In this document: one piece after another, positions 1 to 9,054 of the stretch
How the letters are laid out: each line of letters starts with the position of its first letter
Position numbering within the stretch: the stretch's first letter is position 1
DNA from: Clostridia bacterium
GTDB lineage: Bacteria; Bacillota; Clostridia; TANB77; CAG-508
Assembly: GCA_045643205.1 (NCBI GenBank)
Contig: JAZUKI010000003.1
Span: forward strand, 128,001-192,000
Reading direction: 5' to 3'
Length of the DNA stretch: 64,000 nt
Made by a program: the position numbers and the translations under genes
Notes under the pieces: generated by a model
The model's database searches: none
What the model was told of the DNA's origin: nothing
The model's input: only the letters and a program-made list of their open reading frames with translations

Positions 1-70
1 AAGAATTACAGAATTAGAAATATCAGGAGATGAAAAAACAACAGAAGAAAGATAAAAAGGAGAGATACAA

Positions 71-661
71 ATGACGGTAGTTCTTAGCAGAAATTGTGCG
101 AGTGAACTTCTAGAAGTAATTAAACATTTAGATAAAGAAATACTAAAGAAAATACCAGAAAAAGTTATCGGAATGATTAAAGAAAGAAGCGATAGTTCGT
201 ACAAATTTGAATACAATGTAAAAGTTTCATATGCAGAACAAAAAATAAGTACAGAAACAAGACTTGCATTAGCAAGAATATATTTGACATATTGTTGTTC
301 AGAAGAAGAAGCGGATGATTTGATTCAAATCAATAATCATATGTATAGAAAAAAACATGCTGAAACAACTGAAATCAAACATACAATAAATTCAGCTGAT
401 ATAGTAGCACCAATTTATTCAGATGTTGTAGTAATTCCTAAACCTAAAGAAGTTCGGGGAATTGGAGATAACAAGCACTATGAAGTAAATTCAATGGTCG
501 ATGTTACAATCAACAATAATGAAAAAATAATTGTTCCAGAAAATAAATTTGTAAACAACGAACAAGTGCAATCAGTGAATAACAATCAACAAATAATCGA
601 AAAGAAAGAAAATGTTTTTACAAGATTAATTGAAAAAATAAAAAGATTATTTAAGAAATAA
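71..661 (+). CDS. hypothetical protein
   Basis: 196-aa ORF, AAGGAG RBS, followed by a terminator; basic amphipathic C-terminus (LIEKIKRLFKK). Confidence 0.8.
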   Translation: MTVVLSRNCASELLEVIKHLDKEILKKIPEKVIGMIKERSDSSYKFEYNVKVSYAEQKISTETRLALARIYLTYCCSEEEADDLIQINNHMYRKKHAETTEIKHTINSADIVAPIYSDVVVIPKPKEVRGIGDNKHYEVNSMVDVTINNNEKIIVPENKFVNNEQVQSVNNNQQIIEKKENVFTRLIEKIKRLFKK

Positions 662-667
662 AAAATT

Positions 668-707
668 AAAAGCAGGATGACGAGTTTTAGACTCCATCCT
701 GCTTTTT
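668..707. terminator. bidirectional intrinsic terminator
   Basis: AAAAGCAGGATG...CATCCTGCTTTT stem between convergent genes. Confidence 0.8.
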
Positions 708-708
708 G

Positions 709-1299
709 CTATAAGATTCCAAGAGCTGCTTCAAAAACGCCAACAACAAATACTGTTCCAAGAAATAAACCTATAAATAAAAGACATTTACCCCAAACAG
801 GTAAGCCTTTATTTTCTTGAGACTTTGCTTTTTGTTTCTTTACAGTAAAAATTTTTTCTATATTTTCATTAACATTAGTATTAAAACGTATATCATTTTT
901 AGCAACTACATAATTTAATAACAAAGGGTTAGATTCTAATGGAACTTCTTCATATGTAGATAATGTAGTTGGAATTAATTCTTTCAAAATAGTGATAGGT
1001 TCATTAATTGCTTGGCACACGTTATATTGAGTCAATCCTGAAAACTCACTGAACTTTTCTTGAGTTCCATTTGGCAACAATAAATAAAAATAGCAAACAC
1101 CATTTTGCTTATATTCATACCAAGTTGTAAATAAATTATTTTTGTATGCAAACATGAACATATAGTTTTTTATACCTTGTGAAATTGCAGTTTTAAAAAC
1201 ATCAAAGATTGTAGAAAGTGAACAAACAACACGATTAGAAGTGTTATAATCATATACAAAATTCACAATATTTCTTTGATTATATTTTAGACTCTCCAT
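709..1299 (-). CDS. hypothetical protein with C-terminal TM helix
   Basis: 196-aa ORF, AAGGAG RBS, hydrophobic C-terminus. Confidence 0.75.
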   Translation of the reverse strand: MESLKYNQRNIVNFVYDYNTSNRVVCSLSTIFDVFKTAISQGIKNYMFMFAYKNNLFTTWYEYKQNGVCYFYLLLPNGTQEKFSEFSGLTQYNVCQAINEPITILKELIPTTLSTYEEVPLESNPLLLNYVVAKNDIRFNTNVNENIEKIFTVKKQKAKSQENKGLPVWGKCLLFIGLFLGTVFVVGVFEAALGIL

Positions 1300-1435
1300 A
1301 AAAGCTCCTTCAACGGTTAGTATTTTAACCTAATTAATCTAAAAATCAAATTAATTATAGACATAATATAAAAATTTGTAAACTCATAAGTTTTGCAGAA
1401 GCAAGAAATGTTACAAAATATTAATATAATTGTTT

Positions 1436-1464
1436 TTGACTTTTATAAAGAGTTTAAATATCAT
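1436..1464 (+). promoter_or_regulatory. sigma-A promoter
   Basis: TTGACT-17 bp-TATCAT. Confidence 0.7.
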
Positions 1465-1470
1465 ATATAA

Positions 1471-2179
1471 TATAAAGAGGATTACTCTCTTTTTATACGA
1501 AGTAAAGTAATTGTGATTGAATTAGTAAAAATCTATAAAAAATATGGAGCTCGTAATTTGCAATTGTTTGTGAAAATTATAGGATAGCCCCTTATAACTT
1601 AGCAAACTCATTGTAATCGAGAAAGTTAAGGTACTAATTACCTAGTAATAATTTAGATTTTATAAAAACTGTTCGAAAGCAAAACTCTTGAAAGTATAAA
1701 AAGTGTAATATATACCAATATATTAATAGTAATATACCAAAGACAAAATAAACACTTAAAGATGGTTAATAATGAACTGATTGAAAGATTAGGTGTTTAG
1801 AGAAAACAGAAGACAAGTGAAGAAATTCATATTTAGTGTATTTTAGTATTATTTACTAAACTTCAATGCGAAGGTGCAATTCCACTTTCATAAAGGTGAA
1901 CTAATAAGAATGATGTGGTTTTTGTGAAGTTAGTTAATAAGGATGTTTTCAATGTATTATTACAAAGCGCTAAATGTAGATGTAATAGCATCACATTGTT
2001 AATGGTGATTGTAAGCATTCGATGTAAGTGGCGGAATAAAAATTGCTGAAAGAAAGAAGCTAAAGAAAGAAGAGTATTAACTTGAAGAAGTTTTTGAAGA
2101 ACTATGTTATTGATTAATCAATAAATGTTTAGAAGAAACAAAAGAGGAGATAGAAGAAAATTTTATCCTCTCTTTTTTT
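1471..2179 (+). ncRNA. candidate large structured non-coding RNA (~700 nt)
   Basis: No ORF of 60 aa or more on either strand; promoter directly upstream, terminator at the end; many hairpins with G-U pairs and GAAA tetraloops. Confidence 0.6.
2140..2179 (+). terminator. intrinsic terminator
   Basis: AAAAGAGGAGATAGAA...TTTTATCCTCTCTTTT stem with T tract. Confidence 0.7.
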
Positions 2180-2309
2180 ATTGCAAAATTTATTAAAGCA
2201 AGTGAACATTTTCTAAGAAAAACATCACTAAACATTGAACAAATAAATAATTATTATTATAATAATTAATATAGATTTTTCTAAAGAAATTAAGAGAGGT
2301 ACGAAAGAA

Positions 2310-3641
2310 ATGAATTGCCCTAAATGCGGTATATCCCTAAAGGAAGAAGATTTGTTTTGCAAAGAGTGTGGAACTAAAATCATTAAAGAAGAACCAATGC
2401 AAATACCAGTTCAAACAAATGAACAAATAACAGAAAAAATTGCAGAAGAAAATAAACAAACCAACAAACCAAATTTAATGAGACAACCAAATTATAATAA
2501 ACAAGGACAAGCAAAAATTATTGTCCATGGAGAAGATGGAAAACAAATAGACACAAACGAACTAATACCTAATCAAGAAATTCCAACAATTAAAGATGAA
2601 GAAGAAGAAAACGATGGAAGTTATCCAATGTTTGGAGATCAAATAAATCAACCTAAAAAGATCACCAAAAAAGAAGAAGCTGAAATCAAAAGAGGTACAG
2701 GAATTCAAATTACTTTAGGTATCATTGTAGTCCTTTTATTAATAATGGGAATTGTATTTACAGTTTTATTTATTCAAAAATCTAAAGAAGCAACAAAAGC
2801 ACCTAAAATGGTTGAAAAACAAATAACAGTTAAAAATTATTTAGCAACATTAGAAGGATACGAATTTGAAATACCAGAGGGATATGATTTTGAAAATAAA
2901 GAAAAAGCTGACATTTCAACAGTAGAAGAAACTTATGGTACAGGTTTTAAAACCAACCTTAACAGATATTTAAAAGTAATTCCTAAAGATGGAGATGGAG
3001 AAAAATTCTTAATAATAAAAATTGCAAATCAAACATATGCAAATGCTTCAAAACAAAAGAGTGAAATACTTCATAGATTAATTGCAAAAGATGGTGTAAG
3101 TATGGATGAAACAATTACATCAATAGACGAAGATACACAATCATATTTAAAGTTCTTAATTAAGTATAATGACAATAAAGAATTTGTAGTTCTTTCACAA
3201 GCAGATGATGAGCATATCTTTACATTTGAATTTTTCTACAAAGATGATATAAACAAAGCAAAGGCATTAGAAATTGTAAGAACTGTTTCAAACAGTATTC
3301 ATAGAGTTGAGAAAAATGATATAGAAGCAAAAGCTGATCCTAATTCATTAATAGATAGTGCATTATTTGAAGGTCTTGAAAATATTGTTGAAGATAATGC
3401 TAATACAATGATTGAAGACAATTCAGTAAACATTGTTCCTGTAGGAGGAACAGAAAACACAACAAACAATGAGACAACAGAAAATACAACTGATAGCAAT
3501 AACACAGAAAACAGTACTACAACAGAAAACGGAATAGTAGAAAATAATACAACTGAAGATAATGAAACATCAGGTAATAACACATCAGAGAGTAATACTA
3601 CAACTCAAATCGATTTAAATTTAATACCAGTTTCACAATAA
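2310..3641 (+). CDS. zinc-ribbon membrane protein
   Basis: N-terminal CPKC...CKEC ribbon, one TM helix, N/T/E-rich C-terminal tail. Confidence 0.8.
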   Translation: MNCPKCGISLKEEDLFCKECGTKIIKEEPMQIPVQTNEQITEKIAEENKQTNKPNLMRQPNYNKQGQAKIIVHGEDGKQIDTNELIPNQEIPTIKDEEEENDGSYPMFGDQINQPKKITKKEEAEIKRGTGIQITLGIIVVLLLIMGIVFTVLFIQKSKEATKAPKMVEKQITVKNYLATLEGYEFEIPEGYDFENKEKADISTVEETYGTGFKTNLNRYLKVIPKDGDGEKFLIIKIANQTYANASKQKSEILHRLIAKDGVSMDETITSIDEDTQSYLKFLIKYNDNKEFVVLSQADDEHIFTFEFFYKDDINKAKALEIVRTVSNSIHRVEKNDIEAKADPNSLIDSALFEGLENIVEDNANTMIEDNSVNIVPVGGTENTTNNETTENTTDSNNTENSTTTENGIVENNTTEDNETSGNNTSESNTTTQIDLNLIPVSQ

Positions 3642-3675
3642 ATTATAAAAATCCCAACAAAAAGAGAAACGATAA

Positions 3676-3716
3676 AATAAATGTAGACACAAAAACGTGT
3701 TTGCATTTATTTTTTT
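3676..3716 (+). terminator. intrinsic terminator
   Basis: AAATAAATGTAGACAC/GTGTTTGCATTTATTT stem with T run. Confidence 0.65.
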
Positions 3717-3844
3717 ACCATTCAAATGTTTACATAAAATCAAAAATACTATAAAAATAGCTCTTATACCCTATAAAAACTTGCACTTTGCTCAATAAAG
3801 TTATAATATAAGCACATAATTGAAATTAGCAAAAATGAGAGGTT

Positions 3845-5320
3845 ATGATGAAGAAAGATTTTAAATTTTATTTTGCCCAATTTTCAAGCAAATTGGTTTA
3901 TGGATTAATTAAAATCGTAAAAATTTTCAAGAAAAATTTAAACGGTTCTTTTTATCCGGGAAAAGTAGCAGTAAAGCTAGATAAAGATTTCTTAGGCAAA
4001 ATAGAGAAACCAGAGAAAATAATTTGTGTTACAGGTACAAATGGAAAAACAACAACAGCAAATATGTTAATAGATGCATTAGAAAAAAATGGTTTTGAAG
4101 TATTGAGCAACAAACTTGGATCAAACGTTCAAGCTGGTATTGCCAGTGCATTAGCAACAGGTGCAACAATAACAGGTAAAACAAAATATGACATAGCAGT
4201 ATTTGAAGTTGATGAAAGAAGTTCTATAAAGGTTTATCCATATATAAATCCAACTATAATTCTTTGTACAAACCTTTTCAGAGATTCAATGAAAAGAAAT
4301 GCACATCCAGAATTTATATTAGATATTATTAATAAAGGACTTGAAGGCAACAAAGATACAAAAATTATTTTAAATGCAGATGATTTAATTTCATGCCAAA
4401 TAGCACCTGCAAATAAAAACAAAGTTTATTTTGGAATGGATGCATTAACAAGTGACACAACAGAATGTCATAACATAGTAAATGATTTTGCTAATTGTCC
4501 AAGATGCGGTTCAAAACTTAAATATGAATATTTAAAATATCACCACATTGGAAAAGCATATTGCCCAAACTGTGAATTCAAGTCACCTGAACCAAAGTAT
4601 TTAGGAACAAATTTTGATTTCACAAAGATGAAATATTCAATGATAGAAACATTAAAAGATGGCAAGAAACAAACAGAATACAATTTAGTTTCAGACAATG
4701 TAGTAAATATATATAACGAAATTGCAGCAGTAGCATGCTTAAAAGAATTTGGATTATCAGAGATTGAAATCAGAAAAGCATTTGATGATTATAAATTAGT
4801 TGAAAGCAGATACACAGAAGAAAACTATAATGGCTTAATAATCAAAACAATATTAGCAAAAGGACAAAATGCAGTAGCATGTTCAAGAGTATTTGATTAT
4901 ATTAAAAACGATTCTGGTAACAAAGCAGTAATGCTAAATTTAGATGATTTCTTTGATGCAAAAACATCATCAGAAAACATATGTTGGTTATATGATACAG
5001 ATTATGAACTATTAAACGATCCAAGTATCAAACAAATTTGCATTGGCGGAAAACGTAGAATGGATCATTACATGAGATGTTTAATAGCAGGTATTCCAGC
5101 TGATAAATTCACAATATGTGAAAGTGAATATGATGAACCAGCATTATTAGACTTAAATAAAATAGATAAAGTATTTGTTTTATATGATGTTTATACAAGA
5201 CCAATGGCACTAAAAATAAAAGCAGGAATTGAAAGAAAAGTAGATAACATTATAGAGAAACTAGAAAAAAGTCATGTAAAAATTTCTGGTAGTAACGATA
5301 AAGATTTAACAGCTAAATAA
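3845..5320 (+). CDS. murT: lipid II amidotransferase ligase subunit MurT (Mur ligase + DUF1727)
   Basis: VTGTNGKTTT P-loop, FEVDE, NLFRD, CPRC...CPNC zinc finger, WLYD motif; directly upstream of gatD. Confidence 0.9.
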   Translation: MMKKDFKFYFAQFSSKLVYGLIKIVKIFKKNLNGSFYPGKVAVKLDKDFLGKIEKPEKIICVTGTNGKTTTANMLIDALEKNGFEVLSNKLGSNVQAGIASALATGATITGKTKYDIAVFEVDERSSIKVYPYINPTIILCTNLFRDSMKRNAHPEFILDIINKGLEGNKDTKIILNADDLISCQIAPANKNKVYFGMDALTSDTTECHNIVNDFANCPRCGSKLKYEYLKYHHIGKAYCPNCEFKSPEPKYLGTNFDFTKMKYSMIETLKDGKKQTEYNLVSDNVVNIYNEIAAVACLKEFGLSEIEIRKAFDDYKLVESRYTEENYNGLIIKTILAKGQNAVACSRVFDYIKNDSGNKAVMLNLDDFFDAKTSSENICWLYDTDYELLNDPSIKQICIGGKRRMDHYMRCLIAGIPADKFTICESEYDEPALLDLNKIDKVFVLYDVYTRPMALKIKAGIERKVDNIIEKLEKSHVKISGSNDKDLTAK

Positions 5321-5341
5321 ACTAAAAAATAGGAGAAGCAA

Positions 5342-6067
5342 ATGGTTGAAGAAAATTTAAAAATTGAAGTATTGTTTCCTGAAACTGCAAATCTATACGG
5401 TGACACACACAATATGGTATATTTAAAAAAATGCCTTCCAAAAGCAGAATTTATAGAAACAAGTTTGGCAGATGAACCATATTTTGCAGAAAATGATGTA
5501 AGCATGATTTATATGGGTTCAATGAAAGAAAGTACTCAAGAAAAAGTTATAGAAAAATTATCAAAACATAGAAATAGAATAATTGAACTAATAAAAAACA
5601 ATGTAGTATTTCTAATGACAGGAAATGCTATGGAAGTATTTGAAAAACATATTGAGTTAGAAGATGGAACACAAATAAAAGCATTAAACATATTTGATTT
5701 ATATGCAAAAAGACAAATGATGAATAGATATCATGAAATGCAAATTGGTGAATTCAAAGATAAATTAGATATAGTTGGATATAAAGCATCATTTAGTATG
5801 ACATATGGAGATAATTCAGAAGGTTATTTTATGAAAGTAGTCAGAGGAAGAGGAAATAACGAAGAATCTGAATTTGAAGGAATTCGTCAAAACAATTTCT
5901 TTGGAACATATTATATAGGGCCACTATTAGTTCTTAATCCATTGTTTACAAAGTACTTAATAAAATTATTAGGAATTAAAGGAAAGAAATTAGCATTTGA
6001 AGAAACAGCAATCGAAGCATATGAATTAAAATTAAACGAATTTTCAAATCCAAAAATAGAAGGATAA
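5342..6067 (+). CDS. gatD: GatD-like glutamine amidotransferase subunit with degenerate catalytic residues
   Basis: NLYGD, GxGNN...EG, GTYxxGPLL motifs; catalytic Cys and His positions substituted. Confidence 0.85.
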   Translation: MVEENLKIEVLFPETANLYGDTHNMVYLKKCLPKAEFIETSLADEPYFAENDVSMIYMGSMKESTQEKVIEKLSKHRNRIIELIKNNVVFLMTGNAMEVFEKHIELEDGTQIKALNIFDLYAKRQMMNRYHEMQIGEFKDKLDIVGYKASFSMTYGDNSEGYFMKVVRGRGNNEESEFEGIRQNNFFGTYYIGPLLVLNPLFTKYLIKLLGIKGKKLAFEETAIEAYELKLNEFSNPKIEG

Positions 6068-6082
6068 AAATAAACAAAAAAC

Positions 6083-6110
6083 AAAGCCAGGAATTTATTC
6101 CTGGCTTTTT
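6083..6110. terminator. bidirectional intrinsic terminator
   Basis: AAAGCCAGGAAT/ATTCCTGGCTTT stem. Confidence 0.8.
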
Positions 6111-6129
6111 CCGGTCTTGTAGAAAAAAT

Positions 6130-6417
6130 TTAGTGTTGTCCATTTACAACTAGAAGAGCAATACCATCCTGCTTAAAACTCCAGAATGGCTTTGGTCTCC
6201 TAGATGATGTATCGATTGTTAGTTTTACCAATTGTATTCCCGCTGAAGGAGCTTTTTCAAGCAATTCATCCTTCAGCGAAGGGTAGTCAATTAAGAGTTC
6301 CGCGATTTTGCGAGAACAATGTTGTTCTACTTTGATTTTGCAAAGCTTTTGTGCTTTTGCTTCATCAATACCATTCCGAGCCAAAAGCTCGGTTGTAATA
6401 GAATTTAATAAAGTCAT
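6130..6417 (-). CDS. small hypothetical protein
   Basis: 95-aa ORF with AGGAGGT RBS. Confidence 0.65.
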   Translation of the reverse strand: MTLLNSITTELLARNGIDEAKAQKLCKIKVEQHCSRKIAELLIDYPSLKDELLEKAPSAGIQLVKLTIDTSSRRPKPFWSFKQDGIALLVVNGQH

Positions 6418-6746
6418 TTGTTACCATACCTCCTGATGAAAAAATATTTGTGACCGGATTGCTAAAAAATAGCGTACACTTAATAATAGCATATTTTGTA
6501 CAAAATGTCAATTTATGGTAAAAATGAAAATTGAGATTAAAAATAAAACGATAAAACAATAAAATGATAAAACGATGAATAATAAAACAATAAAAACAAT
6601 AAAAACAATAAAACAATAAAACGAAACAGAAATTAAAAACAAAACAAAATGTAAAAGCTAGAGTTTATAAAATTATTTATGTTGAGATACTTAAATGCTA
6701 ATGATATAATGAGGCAAAATTATTTTATAAAAAACTCGAGGATTAG

Positions 6747-8675
6747 ATGGGAATAATAAGAGACTTTTTTAATAGAATAATAAAACGTAGAGGAACAAAA
6801 TTATTAGAAACTGCAACACAAGAAGAAATAAAGGATTTTATAGATGCAATAAATTCTAGTGGCAACGAAAAAACTAAAGCATTACTAGAACAGAATTTAA
6901 GTGGTGAAAAAATTGCTCAAGAAAATCTTAAACGTAATGTAGAAATTGTTAATAATTTTATTACTCTTATTAATGATGGAAAAGTTGATATTGGAGGAAT
7001 TTCAACAGAAAATCCATATAAAAGAATATTAAATTATTTTAGCAATAATAAAGAAATAAAAAATACAATACTAGAAATTATAAATAGAAAATTTTACGAT
7101 GAAATAGAAAAATCAAGTAATGGCGAAACATATGAACAAGTACATAATGCATTAGATAGAACATTAGATACATATTTGAAAACAATTGGATCAGACAAAG
7201 ATATAAATAAATTATACGAAATAGGAAAAGTAAAATTATTACAAGGCATTATAAAGAAAAACATATTATTAGTTGAAAATTCAATAGAAATAAGTAATTT
7301 GAGCAATAAGGTTTCTGACATATATGAAGGAAATCTACTTTTTAATATTAAAAAAGAAAAAGATGTAGACAAGCAAATTGCAATGTATGATGAATATATT
7401 AGAGACTTTAGAAATGGTAAAGAGATTGATATAGAAAAGGAAAGAGATTATTTATCATATCCTGTTATAGATGTTTATAAAATGGATTTTATGAAAGATA
7501 GAGAATTAAGAAAACTTTGTAAAAATTACTCTATTCCATCAACTGCTAAAATATCTAAGATATATATAACTGAAACATTTAAACAAACAAAAGAAAGAAA
7601 CAATGCTTTATGTAAAAACAATATAAAAGTAGGTGAAGTAAAAACATCAGATTTAGTACTCGTTAAAGCAACAACAATGTTTCCTAATAATAGAATTTTA
7701 GAATCAGTAGATAAATATAGTGATTTACTAGAAGAGCAATCACCTTTTGAAAAACAATTAAGAAAAGTAGGTGTAATAGATTTATCAAAGTACAAAATGT
7801 TAAAGTTTCAAAATAGAAGAACAGTGCATTTTACACTTAATGGATTATCAGCAAAAAGCGAACAAAGAGATTCAAAAAACGAAAACTATATTATAATTGA
7901 ACCATTTGAAGAACATATAAATGATGATAATTTAATTAATATCAATGAAGCAGATACATATTTTGAAGGTGATTTAGTATTATCTAAGAAAGCAACAATA
8001 TTAGTACCAGTAGAAAAGTATAAACGACTAATAAAAGATGAAAAAATTTTAAAAGAATTAAATAAATTTGATACAAGATTGTTTGATGGCAATGAAGAAG
8101 AAGCAGTACGAATGTGCCTTTTAGATAAAGGATATACATTCGGTTATATTAAGAACTATGGATTTAATATATTTACAAGTAGAGAAGCTAATGAAAATTA
8201 TGATCCATGTGAAGAAAATGAAAAACTTATTTTTGAATGTGAAACAAAATTAGTAAGACAATTACAACAACAAGGTAAAAATGTAAAACATGGTGTTTAT
8301 TTTTGCTCTGAAAGTAAAGTGAAAGATATGAATAGAACAATTGAATTAAGAAAACAGGAATATCAAAAATTAGTAGAATGTATTAATGCAACATGCGATT
8401 TTGAATTTAGCAAAACAATACTTATGAATGATTTTTTATCATCGGCAATGATGCCTCAAAGAGTCAACTATGGCGATTTCACAAAGCCACATTTAAACAT
8501 TGAAAAAATATTTGAAAAACTAAAACCAGAAGGCGTAGAAAGAGCATTGCAAAAATATAATACTGAAATAATAGAAGAACATAATAAAGCTCGAGAAGCA
8601 AAAGATGAAAAGCTAAAAGAGTCTGGATTAATTGTAGAAGAATCAAAATTAAATGCTGATTTTATAAGATATTAA
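6747..8675 (+). CDS. hypothetical protein
   Basis: 642-aa ORF, GAGG RBS, TGATATAAT extended -10 upstream; no family recognised. Confidence 0.8.
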   Translation: MGIIRDFFNRIIKRRGTKLLETATQEEIKDFIDAINSSGNEKTKALLEQNLSGEKIAQENLKRNVEIVNNFITLINDGKVDIGGISTENPYKRILNYFSNNKEIKNTILEIINRKFYDEIEKSSNGETYEQVHNALDRTLDTYLKTIGSDKDINKLYEIGKVKLLQGIIKKNILLVENSIEISNLSNKVSDIYEGNLLFNIKKEKDVDKQIAMYDEYIRDFRNGKEIDIEKERDYLSYPVIDVYKMDFMKDRELRKLCKNYSIPSTAKISKIYITETFKQTKERNNALCKNNIKVGEVKTSDLVLVKATTMFPNNRILESVDKYSDLLEEQSPFEKQLRKVGVIDLSKYKMLKFQNRRTVHFTLNGLSAKSEQRDSKNENYIIIEPFEEHINDDNLININEADTYFEGDLVLSKKATILVPVEKYKRLIKDEKILKELNKFDTRLFDGNEEEAVRMCLLDKGYTFGYIKNYGFNIFTSREANENYDPCEENEKLIFECETKLVRQLQQQGKNVKHGVYFCSESKVKDMNRTIELRKQEYQKLVECINATCDFEFSKTILMNDFLSSAMMPQRVNYGDFTKPHLNIEKIFEKLKPEGVERALQKYNTEIIEEHNKAREAKDEKLKESGLIVEESKLNADFIRY

Positions 8676-8772
8676 ATAAAGATTTATATGATATAAAGCA
8701 TAGAAATAAAAAATAAAATAAAAATAAATAAAATAAAAAGTGAAATAAAAAACATAACAAAAATATAATTTG

Positions 8773-8821
8773 TTACCTAACGAATAATTTTAAAAAAATG
8801 CTAAAATTGTTCGTTAGGTAA
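8773..8821. repeat. 20-bp inverted repeat (probable terminator or stability hairpin)
   Basis: TTACCTAACGAATAATTTTA-9 nt-TAAAATTGTTCGTTAGGTAA. Confidence 0.7.
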
Positions 8822-8840
8822 ACTAAAAATAAAAAAAGTG

Positions 8841-8869
8841 TTGACAAAATGTGGAAAGCATGTTATCAT
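8841..8869 (+). promoter_or_regulatory. sigma-A promoter of ABC operon
   Basis: TTGACA-17 bp-TATCAT with TG extension. Confidence 0.8.
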
Positions 8870-8933
8870 AGCCACATATTAAGAGTTTACTTTTTAGCAG
8901 TAAAGGGTGTTACAACCTACACTTGAAAGATTG

Positions 8934-8983
8934 AAAAGTCTTGCAAAGGAGTCTTATACAGATTTTTTTGCAAGGCTTTTTTT
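8934..8983 (+). promoter_or_regulatory. leader terminator / attenuator
   Basis: AAAGTCTTGCAAAGG/TTTTTGCAAGGCTTT stem with T7, between promoter and start codon. Confidence 0.6.
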
Positions 8984-9054
8984 GGCCTTTGTAAAAAAAT
9001 AGAAGGATTTAATTAAATGCTTCAAAAAGTAAAATTAAGAAGGAGGATAAAGTA

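Noticed and set aside
1471-2179. tmRNA, RNase P RNA, T-box or CRISPR as explanation for the 1-kb gap
   Set aside because: No tRNA-like GGGG...CCA ends, no GAGGAAAGTCC, no GGTGGTACC T-box and no repeat-spacer periodicity
6540-6650. AATAAAAC-type short repeats and the overlapping minus-strand ORF 6365..6616
   Set aside because: Low-complexity A-rich tract without unique spacers, so not CRISPR; the FYC-repeat ORF is a by-product of the repeat
8700-8760. A-rich tracts after stop codons (also ~15190-15260 and ~47325-47390)
   Set aside because: Simple composition bias with no defined unit or structure
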